From a virus (Duplodnaviria > Caudoviricetes), in the IMG/VR virus record IMGVR_UViG_3300032330_000018, positions 1 through 25,581 of that record: a stretch of 25,581 nucleotides of DNA; one strand, written 5' to 3'. The notes below the pieces were generated by a model, which was not told the DNA's origin, ran no database searches, and saw only the letters and a list, made by a program, of their open reading frames with translations. Each line of letters begins with the position of its first letter. The first letter of the stretch is position 1. Below, one piece after another: positions 8,104 through 15,908 of this stretch. The translations under genes and the position numbers were made by a program.

Positions 8104-8334
8104 TTACGATTCAGGCACAGATGGTGAATATTGCTGCCCCATTTCAAATACTGGTGCGCTTGTCTTTTTCTTTTTAGACATTGCGCTAAAGTCAGGCATT
8201 TGAGAACTGCCAGAACTAGGCATTTGCAAATTTTGCTCTGGCAATATAGTTTGCTGTTGCAGCATTGCCGCTAATTGTTGCCGCCTAGCAGCTTGCTGTG
8301 GTGTCTCTGGCATTGAATTATAAAATTCGTTCAT
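8104..8334 (-). CDS. 76-aa Gln-rich protein, probable small internal virion protein
   Basis: ATGA overlap with the upstream gene. Its ARRQQLAAMLQQQ motif resembles the N-terminus of the next protein. Confidence 0.65.
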   Translation of the reverse strand: MNEFYNSMPETPQQAARRQQLAAMLQQQTILPEQNLQMPSSGSSQMPDFSAMSKKKKTSAPVFEMGQQYSPSVPES

Positions 8335-10196
8335 AGCAATTTCCCATAATTAACCATTTTGTAACCGCTTGGATGTTCTAATACTGCGTCTGGCATTACT
8401 TTTTCAACTTCATCTGCCATTACACCGCGCTGTCTTCCACCAAATATATCGTATTCATATACGCCTATACCCAATGGATGATCGCCAACTCTAACAATAT
8501 TAGATTTTAATCTACGATCTGACATTGCTAGTAAAGAACCAAAACCACCGGCAGCCCCAGCAGCACCTAAACCAGCGCCGGCAAGACCAAATAGCCCAGA
8601 TGTTTGAGCATTAGCAGCAGATTGTTGTATCCCGTAATTCTGCATAGCATTTTGACCTGCCGCTTGAGCGCCTGCAAATATAGGTGCAGGTGCAATACTT
8701 TGCCCTTGATACCCTTGAAATTGCGGCATCTGAATTTGCGAGCCAGACATTAATCCAGTAATCTCATTTAATGGTTGATTACGTAACGCCATTTGTTGAG
8801 CTAAAGATTGCTGCTGTGCAGTATTGCCAAACTGTGCGCCACCCAATGCTTGATTGTATTGCTGCAATTGTGCCGCATTTTGCGCTTGTTGTTGCGCCAA
8901 CGCTGCCTGCTGATTCTGCGATATAGCTTGATTGCCCAATTGTGTGGATGTCACACCCTGACCAAATAATTGTTGCTGGCGAGCCATATCAGCTTGCTGT
9001 TGTGCTAATCCAGCTTGCTGATTCTGCAATACAGATTGATTACCTAATTGCTGTGATGTCACGCCCTGCCCAAAGTTTTGCGCCATTGCAGCATTACGCA
9101 TCTGTTGAGCAGCTTGCCCTTGACCAAAGTTTTGAGCCACTGCTTGATTGCCAAATTGACCAGATTGCAGAGCTTGACCAAAACCTTGAGCATTAGCACC
9201 AATGTCAAGATTAAGACCTTGCAATGCAGCTTGCGTATAAAGATCATTGCCGCGTTGATTTTCTTCAATCATTGCAGTTTGATATGCCTGAGTGCCTGGC
9301 ACTAAACCTTGATTAGCCAATCTCTGCCGCGTAGCTTCCTGTGAGCGCTCAATCTGTGGCGCTAAACGAGACAATATAGCCTGCTGGCCGGTCGTGCCTG
9401 CATTTACTGGCATAGCGGCAATATTAGCAGTATTGAGCGCACCTTGTGCTAGACCGTATTGCCCTGCTCGCGGACCGCCACCTGCAAAACCATACATGCC
9501 TGCTTGTGGGCCACCACCGGCTTGACCATACTGACTTAAATCTGGAGTTTCTGCTAATTGTCCTGCTTGCGGTGCATTACCTGCCTGACCGTATTGACTT
9601 AAATCCGGTGTTTGTGCCACTTGGCCATAATTACCTAATGAAGTTTGGATGCCAGGCAAATTAGGATTAAATGCCTGCCCTAATACACTTTGTGCAGTGC
9701 CAATCCCTTGCTCGCCTAAGCCCGCCAATGCCTTTTGCACACGCTGCTGCGCGTCTAACGTAGCCTGCGCCTCTGGCGTGAGTGTTTGCCTAATGGTAGG
9801 CGTATCTGCGTCAGCAGTAGTAGTGTATTGCTCGCGTGTAGGTGCTTTGCCGGAAGTATTTAACCAATCCATCAAAGCATTTTGATAGCCTTGCTGGTCA
9901 ATATCTTGCCCAACCACATTGCCGTCATCATTAGTGCGCTGAGTTGTAAATTTGCCAATATCTGGGCGATCTGCTGATCTACCTTGATTAGCTTGAAAAT
10001 CAGCCATTGCTTTATCATAGGCAGTTTGGTCAAATGAAGGTGTGCCATAAGTCACCGTTTGAGTGCCTAATGGACCGTATATGTTTGGATTGCTTAATTT
10101 AGCCGATGCCCGCGCTGCTTCTACATTAGCTGCACCTTGCGCTGTCGCCGCACCAGCATAATCAGGTGTTGCGGGTGCTGATACTGATTTTCCCAT
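8331..10196 (-). CDS. DNA ejection/pilot protein with C-terminal Peptidase S74 domain
   Basis: MGKSVSAPATPDY N-terminus of the kind seen in podovirus pilot proteins after a GNAT gene, a Gln/Ala/Gly-rich repeat body, and C-terminal SDRRLKSNI...GVYEY...GVMADEVEKVMPDAV...GYKMVNY. Confidence 0.75.
   Translation of the reverse strand: MGKSVSAPATPDYAGAATAQGAANVEAARASAKLSNPNIYGPLGTQTVTYGTPSFDQTAYDKAMADFQANQGRSADRPDIGKFTTQRTNDDGNVVGQDIDQQGYQNALMDWLNTSGKAPTREQYTTTADADTPTIRQTLTPEAQATLDAQQRVQKALAGLGEQGIGTAQSVLGQAFNPNLPGIQTSLGNYGQVAQTPDLSQYGQAGNAPQAGQLAETPDLSQYGQAGGGPQAGMYGFAGGGPRAGQYGLAQGALNTANIAAMPVNAGTTGQQAILSRLAPQIERSQEATRQRLANQGLVPGTQAYQTAMIEENQRGNDLYTQAALQGLNLDIGANAQGFGQALQSGQFGNQAVAQNFGQGQAAQQMRNAAMAQNFGQGVTSQQLGNQSVLQNQQAGLAQQQADMARQQQLFGQGVTSTQLGNQAISQNQQAALAQQQAQNAAQLQQYNQALGGAQFGNTAQQQSLAQQMALRNQPLNEITGLMSGSQIQMPQFQGYQGQSIAPAPIFAGAQAAGQNAMQNYGIQQSAANAQTSGLFGLAGAGLGAAGAAGGFGSLLAMSDRRLKSNIVRVGDHPLGIGVYEYDIFGGRQRGVMADEVEKVMPDAVLEHPSGYKMVNYGKLL
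8817..9194 (-). repeat. seven tandem 18-aa helical repeats
   Basis: NAQGFGQALQSGQFGNQA / VAQNFGQGQAAQQMRNAA / MAQNFGQGVTSQQLGNQS / VLQNQQAGLAQQQADMAR / QQQLFGQGVTSTQLGNQA / ISQNQQAALAQQQAQNAA / QLQQYNQALGGAQFGNTA (378 nt = 7x18 codons). Confidence 0.8.
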
Positions 10197-10605
10197 GATA
10201 TTTCCCCTCTAAAAACCTACAATTTTTACGCAATAATGTGTAGAAAATGATGTCACCTGTGGGGCTTGCATCGCACAATCTACATTCTTCACTAAAACCC
10301 ATATTCTCAACTAATTTAATACTTTTTGCGTTATCGCTAACTACCGGCACAACAATTTTATCTACACCACATTGATTAAACGGATAATCAAATATTATTG
10401 CTAGATATTGCGCCGTCATCCTGCCAGTTATTGCGATATGACAAAAAATACTCTTTTTATTCCAATTCTCATATATAACGCCTGCTACTATTTTTCCATC
10501 TTTCATCAATCCTAGCGCCTGAGATTGAGCCTCATGGTAGCCGCCACTATTCTGCTGCGCCACCCAATGCCCGATCTCAGCGCTACATACTATATTCCAG
10601 CCCAT
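10162..10605 (-). CDS. GNAT-family acetyltransferase (virion-assembly associated)
   Basis: GKIVAGVIY...FDYPFNQCGVDKIVVPVVSDNAKSIKLVENMGFSEE, a RimJ/RimL-type N..S..L.E.MGF motif. Located between nozzle and ejection genes. Confidence 0.85.
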   Translation of the reverse strand: MGWNIVCSAEIGHWVAQQNSGGYHEAQSQALGLMKDGKIVAGVIYENWNKKSIFCHIAITGRMTAQYLAIIFDYPFNQCGVDKIVVPVVSDNAKSIKLVENMGFSEECRLCDASPTGDIIFYTLLRKNCRFLEGKYHGKISISTRNT

Positions 10606-12152
10606 CCGACTTGAAATACTACGTCAGTCGATGCCCATTCTATTTGTATGCCCTGACTTTGTGATATTAGATTAATGCCACCACAATAGCCAATGCCCGT
10701 AATCCCTTGCCAGTTATTTGTAATTGTTGCTGTGGATGTTGCCCAATTAGATATATCCCATTTGCTGCTCGCGCTATCCCATACGCCAAAAGAACTAGGA
10801 GAGAATGATAACGATGACGTAGCAGGCTGCACATCAAAGTCAACATTCATACCAACAAATACAGCCGGTGTGCCATTTGTAAATAAATTAGGCCGAGCGC
10901 GAGTAAAATACTTTTTAACGCCGCGTGAACCATAATAATTAAATGCCTGCAAAGCATTAGTTTGAATGTTATTGGTGTCATCAATATAAGTAGCATTCCA
11001 TGCCCGACCAACATAGCCATCGCCACCAAAGAATGGATCATCGCTAAATGTTTCCCAACAATTAGCATTCCAACCTGAGAAATTACACCAAGACTTAGTG
11101 ATGTTGTTCATTACGTATTGTTGTTGCTGTCCTTCAGCAACCGGCACATTAATCCATAATGCGTTATTCTTGGCTGAGTAGAGAATCTCCCATCCAAACG
11201 AGTCACCGTATTGCGTAGTGGCTGCGGTGATAGCGCCTTGTATCTTGTTACTTAAAGCAACACGCGGATCAAGCCTAGAGCTTTGTAGCGAGCCTGCCAA
11301 TGGCATTAACCCATCATAAGTAATTAGCAATAGATCGCCGCCGTATTTAAGCATACAGCGCTTGCCAATCGGCGAGCCTAGTTTCCAAACGCCAATTAAC
11401 GCCCAAGTTGATGCACTGGCAGGATCAGTGCCTGACCAAACAATAACCTCGCCATTTGACGTAACAAATACCAAATTGTCGTCAACGCCATAACCTGCAT
11501 CAAGAGTCCACGTATCCAAATCAACCAAATAACCGCCGTATTTAGCGATTGCTGACATATCAATATAATTGGCTGCACCACCAACCGCACCAGTTGGTAA
11601 ATACCATGCTTTTAGCGTATTCTTTTCAATAAACCACACGCGATTTTTAAACAGCGAGATATTGTCTAATGATGTGGTAGTCACGCCGGTAATCGGTATG
11701 GCAGATGAGCCGTCAATTGGCGCCCAAGTTGTGCCATTAAACAATAATGGCTTGTCCACGCCATTAACAATGTATAGGTAACTTCCTGCGGCAGTGGTGA
11801 CGTTAATGTGTTCCCACTTGTTATTAGTCAGCCCTGTGACCAATGCAGAGCCTACAGCGCCAGAACTTGTTACATCAAAGATTTTTCCATCTGCAAATGC
11901 GTATAGCTTGTCAGTTGTACCGGTAGAGTAATTAATAACCGTTTGAACCTGACCAGTCATGCCGGTAGCCCACTTAGTGTACCCACCACGTAATACAACA
12001 TTAGATGCAGTCGGGAAGAAATTAGTCAATGTGACCGCATCCATCGGGTCCATGTTACTAATTGAGTCTCGCGCATTCCAACCGCCAACGGGTGCAGGCA
12101 CAGACTGCACATTGGCTGCATTGCCCTGCACCAGTTGATTAATTCGGACCAT
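10590..12152 (-). CDS. tail nozzle / packaged-DNA stabilization protein (P22 gp10 / T7 gp12 functional equivalent)
   Basis: 520-aa beta-rich protein starting PAPVGGWNARD, with propeller-like segments (FKNRVWFIEK, LVFVTSNGEVIVWSG). Follows the adaptor. Confidence 0.72.
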   Translation of the reverse strand: MVRINQLVQGNAANVQSVPAPVGGWNARDSISNMDPMDAVTLTNFFPTASNVVLRGGYTKWATGMTGQVQTVINYSTGTTDKLYAFADGKIFDVTSSGAVGSALVTGLTNNKWEHINVTTAAGSYLYIVNGVDKPLLFNGTTWAPIDGSSAIPITGVTTTSLDNISLFKNRVWFIEKNTLKAWYLPTGAVGGAANYIDMSAIAKYGGYLVDLDTWTLDAGYGVDDNLVFVTSNGEVIVWSGTDPASASTWALIGVWKLGSPIGKRCMLKYGGDLLLITYDGLMPLAGSLQSSRLDPRVALSNKIQGAITAATTQYGDSFGWEILYSAKNNALWINVPVAEGQQQQYVMNNITKSWCNFSGWNANCWETFSDDPFFGGDGYVGRAWNATYIDDTNNIQTNALQAFNYYGSRGVKKYFTRARPNLFTNGTPAVFVGMNVDFDVQPATSSLSFSPSSFGVWDSASSKWDISNWATSTATITNNWQGITGIGYCGGINLISQSQGIQIEWASTDVVFQVGWAGI

Positions 12153-13050
12153 ATCCAGAATCCGGTATGTTGTCGTAGCCGATTAAAACAGTGCCAGGTC
12201 GTGGTGCAAAGCTCAGATTAGCGCTAGACATATCAAGCGCCATCGCAGCCTCTAATTCATACAAATAATCACGATATAACGCAGTGGTGTCAAAGCCTTT
12301 AGCTTGAAAGTATTTTAGCTTAGTGGCCAAAACCATCAAGCGATCTGGATAGATAGTTGTATCACTATCAGCAGTAAAACTGTTTTTAACTGTGCCATCT
12401 GCGGCATTTGCCCAGCCTTTGCTGCGATACTCAAAACCTAGATATTCTGGTCCACTGTTACCTGGCCATATCTGGAAATAACCACTAAACAAACGCCAGC
12501 GAATGCGCGGACCGGTCGAGATATAACCAGATAACAACCATTCCCACTGTTGTGCATCTTCGGGGCCTAGCATTTCCCAATGTTTAGACTTATCCCACAT
12601 CGTGCGAGGCACTAAAGCCTCGTAATCGCTTGGCAAGCTGTATTTCATTTTTTGGAAATACAAAGTAGCGTCAGCACCACCGTCTGCTGCAAAGTTTTGA
12701 TTTAACGTAACTTGCGTTGACGAATCAACAGATGCAATAAACGTATTCTGGTTAATACCAGTGCCAATTGCTTGATAGGTCGTATCTAACCCTGCTGTGC
12801 TTGGAATGCCCGTAATAACACGCGAGGCAGTTGTCCAATTGCCAGTGGTCGTTAAATATTCAGTGTAAAAAGCATGTTGCTTTGTTAGTGCTTGCCACGG
12901 ATGCCGCCGCAAGAACTCATAGCCTGCGGCATTCATTAGCGCCAATATTTGAATTACGTCTTGATTTGTATTCCCTGCAACTGAGGCAGGAGTTGAAACC
13001 CCTAACTCATTTGTAACCTGCTGCACTAACTCAAGCATCGTGCTCGACAT
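12139..13050 (-). CDS. head-to-tail adaptor (P22 gp4 / T7 gp11 functional equivalent)
   Basis: TMLELVQQVTNELG...LMNAAGYEF...WQAL, YSLPSDY, FQIWP and LKYFQAKGFD motifs, plus position. Confidence 0.7.
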   Translation of the reverse strand: MSSTMLELVQQVTNELGVSTPASVAGNTNQDVIQILALMNAAGYEFLRRHPWQALTKQHAFYTEYLTTTGNWTTASRVITGIPSTAGLDTTYQAIGTGINQNTFIASVDSSTQVTLNQNFAADGGADATLYFQKMKYSLPSDYEALVPRTMWDKSKHWEMLGPEDAQQWEWLLSGYISTGPRIRWRLFSGYFQIWPGNSGPEYLGFEYRSKGWANAADGTVKNSFTADSDTTIYPDRLMVLATKLKYFQAKGFDTTALYRDYLYELEAAMALDMSSANLSFAPRPGTVLIGYDNIPDSGYGPN

Positions 13051-13052
13051 AT

Positions 13053-13580
13053 TTACACCTCTTTACGGGGCCGCCCTGGCTTGCGCTGATTTTCTAAAAT
13101 CATTGCCATTTGCGCTTCTAATTCCTGCAATTTCTTTTTAGTTTCCGATAATTCTGTAGTATTTTCAGACTGATTTCTGCTTGTTATATAAGCTCGCGCA
13201 CGTTCACGCAATCCCATTGCACCCATGCCTACACGCTGCAATTGACTATCAGACGCGGTAGCAACCTGCTCTACGCTCTGAAATTTCAATATCTGCAATT
13301 CAGCCATTTGAGCGCTACTAAACTCCTCTGGCTGGTCAATATGCCATTGGTTCAACGGTGTGCCTATAACTGGTCCATCTGACTGCGACATTTGATAATG
13401 CAACCATTGCCTAGCAAAACGCTCTTTGTGATGATCTCTTACAAGCTGCTCAACCACGTTTGTAGAATCACCAGGCATCATAATCCGAATGAACGGCATA
13501 TTTTTGTATGGTTCTTTGTCGTATAAATAAAACTCAACAAACAAAGCTGCATCTGCATTATTAACATCGCTGTCTAGCAT
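13053..13580 (-). CDS. conserved phage protein with HhH-like segment, coiled coil and C-terminal AT-hook-like motif
   Basis: ATG at 13580 follows a strong AGGAG SD and is preferred over the track's GTG at 13625, which lies inside a hairpin. Contains LQILKFQSVEQVATASDSQLQRVGMG and ends RKPGRPRKEV. Confidence 0.65.
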   Translation of the reverse strand: MLDSDVNNADAALFVEFYLYDKEPYKNMPFIRIMMPGDSTNVVEQLVRDHHKERFARQWLHYQMSQSDGPVIGTPLNQWHIDQPEEFSSAQMAELQILKFQSVEQVATASDSQLQRVGMGAMGLRERARAYITSRNQSENTTELSETKKKLQELEAQMAMILENQRKPGRPRKEV

Positions 13581-13613
13581 AATTTTCTCCTGTGGGGATT
13601 GGATTACAATACA

Positions 13614-13645
13614 AATCACTCCCACCGTGTAGGGTGAGAGCGATC
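13614..13645 (-). terminator. 13-bp stem-loop (weak terminator or processing/stability hairpin)
   Basis: Minus strand GATCGCTCTCACC-CTACAC-GGTGGGAGTGATT with G.U pairs, followed by only a weak U-tract (TGTATTGT). Confidence 0.5.
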
Positions 13646-13656
13646 AGTTTAAATCA

Positions 13657-14016
13657 TTAGGCTGTTAAAACAGAAGCCCAGGTAGTGGCAGATGTAGCAA
13701 ACAAGATCACAGTCTTAGCGGTAGCTACAGACAGTGTGCTTGCGCCTGCATTGATGGTTGAACCTGATTTTGGGTAAACAGTAATTGTTTGGCCAGAATC
13801 ATTACGCAGACCAATCATTGCGCCTACTTCGGTAGGCGGCAAGATAACGCCAGTCGATGCAGAGCTGGTGGTAAGTGTATTCCAGACTGCGGATAATTGT
13901 AGTGCGTCAGCAATTGTGCTGCCAGTAGCAACAAGACCAGTAGCGCCATCGCCACAGATGCTAGTTGTTGCTAATCCCGAATTGCCAGATGCTTGAACTC
14001 TCGATGGAATTGCCAT
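13657..14016 (-). CDS. Ser/Thr-rich small virion protein (possible head decoration/fibre domain)
   Basis: 119 aa with 36 Ser+Thr by hand count. GVILP...G..I...N.....I.VYP..G..IN motif. AGGAG SD. Confidence 0.6.
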   Translation of the reverse strand: MAIPSRVQASGNSGLATTSICGDGATGLVATGSTIADALQLSAVWNTLTTSSASTGVILPPTEVGAMIGLRNDSGQTITVYPKSGSTINAGASTLSVATAKTVILFATSATTWASVLTA

Positions 14017-14018
14017 TT

Positions 14019-15320
14019 TTACTTCTCCTTTTTAACGTAGAAAATTGCATTTTCTGTGTTATGACTTGAGAATATCACTTCATAATCACAGAACTTGCTT
14101 GCCCACCATTCATATGGAAATACTGAAACATGCAAATGCTGACCAATTAATTGCCCCATATGATCTGGCAATAAACTAATCTGAAAGAATGCGCGATCAA
14201 CACACTGCATAATATTTTTAATAACTGCATCAACATCATCTGTTGGTATATGTTCCATCACATCGGTGCAATAACCAACATCTGCTTTTAAATCAATAGG
14301 TTGCGTTAAATCTGCAACAGTTAATTTAAATTGAATATCTTTATCCAAGCAATTATCAGAGAAATCAACCATCTGAATATTGCATTGAGTTAATTCATGT
14401 ATGCGTTTACTACCGCGACCAGTGCCGCAGCCAAAATCAATTACTTTATCATCGCAGTCTATTTTAGCTAATTCTACAAAATAGTCAGCAATTAATTCAC
14501 CTGGTGACATATTACGATATGCAGGTATATCCCACATCTTTTGATACTTTTCTTGCTCTGGCATTAAATCTGGGCGCTCGCGCATTTTCTTTACAATTGC
14601 CATAATTAAACCATTGCTATCAACGGTAATGATGCAGCCTAAATCAATTAGGTTATTGCAGACTGTAGGGAATAACTCAGCTTGTCGCGCCATTGCCAGT
14701 GAGCTGGTAAATACTGCGCCATCCAATGTAACTTTGCACAAAACGTCGTTATCGTTCATTGGCTGCTTATACGCATGACCCATTGCATGACGATGCGATG
14801 AGTCATAGCCAAATAAGTGCAGCTTGCGATAGCCCATTGTGTATGCAAGACACATGCTTGATAGCCCAACAGTCGTGCCACCGCCGATTAAAGCGTATTC
14901 CTGATCGTGATTTGGCAGATGATCTTCCATATCATCCATGGCTGGATGCCATGTAGTAATATTATCTTCGTCATTAAACAATGATGGGTGACACTGGCTT
15001 GAGAATAAATATTCTTTAGCATCGCCAACTAAATCAACATTGCCTGGTCGTGCGTCAAGTATAATTTGATAGTCAGGCACAATGCCGTGACGATTCAAAA
15101 ACTTAGCCGCGCCATTAAGTGCAAATATCTTTTGCCCTAATTCGCGCCGCTTTTCAATAATTGGTAGATAATCTGCAACAGATGGACCGCCGCCAACAAT
15201 CACTGCGTGACCGTCATGCGCTGGCATTTCTTTGATCCATTTTTGACAACTGCGAGAATTTAATCGAATATTGCTAAATAATTCTGCGTCATCGGTATTA
15301 CAGAGAATCTCAATATCCAT
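14019..15320 (-). CDS. Maf/MptE-like (DUF115) glycosyltransferase-fold domain fused to class I SAM-dependent methyltransferase
   Basis: N-terminal domain: AVIVGGGPSV, IFALNGAAKFL..HGIVPDY...LD, GGTTVG...LAYTMGYRKLHLFGYDSS. C-terminal domain (from M at 14564): VIDFGCGTGR, MVDFS, ADLT, YCTDVMEHIP. Confidence 0.8.
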   Translation of the reverse strand: MDIEILCNTDDAELFSNIRLNSRSCQKWIKEMPAHDGHAVIVGGGPSVADYLPIIEKRRELGQKIFALNGAAKFLNRHGIVPDYQIILDARPGNVDLVGDAKEYLFSSQCHPSLFNDEDNITTWHPAMDDMEDHLPNHDQEYALIGGGTTVGLSSMCLAYTMGYRKLHLFGYDSSHRHAMGHAYKQPMNDNDVLCKVTLDGAVFTSSLAMARQAELFPTVCNNLIDLGCIITVDSNGLIMAIVKKMRERPDLMPEQEKYQKMWDIPAYRNMSPGELIADYFVELAKIDCDDKVIDFGCGTGRGSKRIHELTQCNIQMVDFSDNCLDKDIQFKLTVADLTQPIDLKADVGYCTDVMEHIPTDDVDAVIKNIMQCVDRAFFQISLLPDHMGQLIGQHLHVSVFPYEWWASKFCDYEVIFSSHNTENAIFYVKKEK

Positions 15321-15352
15321 AAAAAACGGCGAGAGATTTCTCTCCCGCCATT
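15321..15352 (-). terminator. Rho-independent terminator after capsid/decoration genes
   Basis: Minus strand AATGGCGGGAGA-GAAA-TCTCTCGCCGTT-TTTT: a 12-bp stem with two G.U pairs, a GNRA loop and a U-tract. Confidence 0.85.
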
Positions 15353-15361
15353 CCTTTCGCT

Positions 15362-15895
15362 TTAGGTTATACGGCCTTGCAGATGTGGGCGATTGATTAC
15401 GACATTGACCGTAGTGGTCGCAGAGGCAACAGTCGCAGCATTTGCAGAACGCGCACCCAAGATTTCTTTACCAGAGGCTGAAGCGCCAATCTTACCAGTT
15501 GAAACAACACCAATTGCAACGGTAGGATTAACTTTAGCGCCAGTTGTCTTTGTAACAACAGCAGTGCCTTCAATCTGATACCAACCAAACAGACCGGCAG
15601 TGTTTGCTGACATTGCAACGGCAACTGGACGAGCTTGGTTTGCAGTGGTAGCGCACAATGTGGTTTGATAGGTCGTGCCATCGTAAGTTACTAACGAGCC
15701 AACGACAGTGCTTGCAACACCAACGAGCAGAATAAACTCACCTGCACCGTAGGTAGGATCAAAAGCACGTTCAATTTGCCCTAAAACAGCAGGTGGGGTG
15801 GGAATAGCTGAAGTGCCATTCGCCATCGTTACGCCAGAATCAGTTTGATTGATCTGTAGTAAACCTGCTTTGTTGTCATCAAAAGTATAAGCCAT
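15362..15895 (-). CDS. probable capsid decoration/cement protein
   Basis: 177 aa, Ala/Thr/Val/Gly-rich and beta-like (GEFILL, VAVAMSA...FGWYQIEG). Directly after the capsid gene with AAGGAG SD and before the terminator. Confidence 0.65.
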   Translation of the reverse strand: MAYTFDDNKAGLLQINQTDSGVTMANGTSAIPTPPAVLGQIERAFDPTYGAGEFILLVGVASTVVGSLVTYDGTTYQTTLCATTANQARPVAVAMSANTAGLFGWYQIEGTAVVTKTTGAKVNPTVAIGVVSTGKIGASASGKEILGARSANAATVASATTTVNVVINRPHLQGRIT

Positions 15896-15908
15896 TTTAA
15901 ATTTCTCC

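Noticed and set aside
13581-13625. ORF-track GTG start for the 190-aa protein
   Set aside because: It lies within a hairpin without an SD. The ATG at 13580 has AGGAG at proper spacing.
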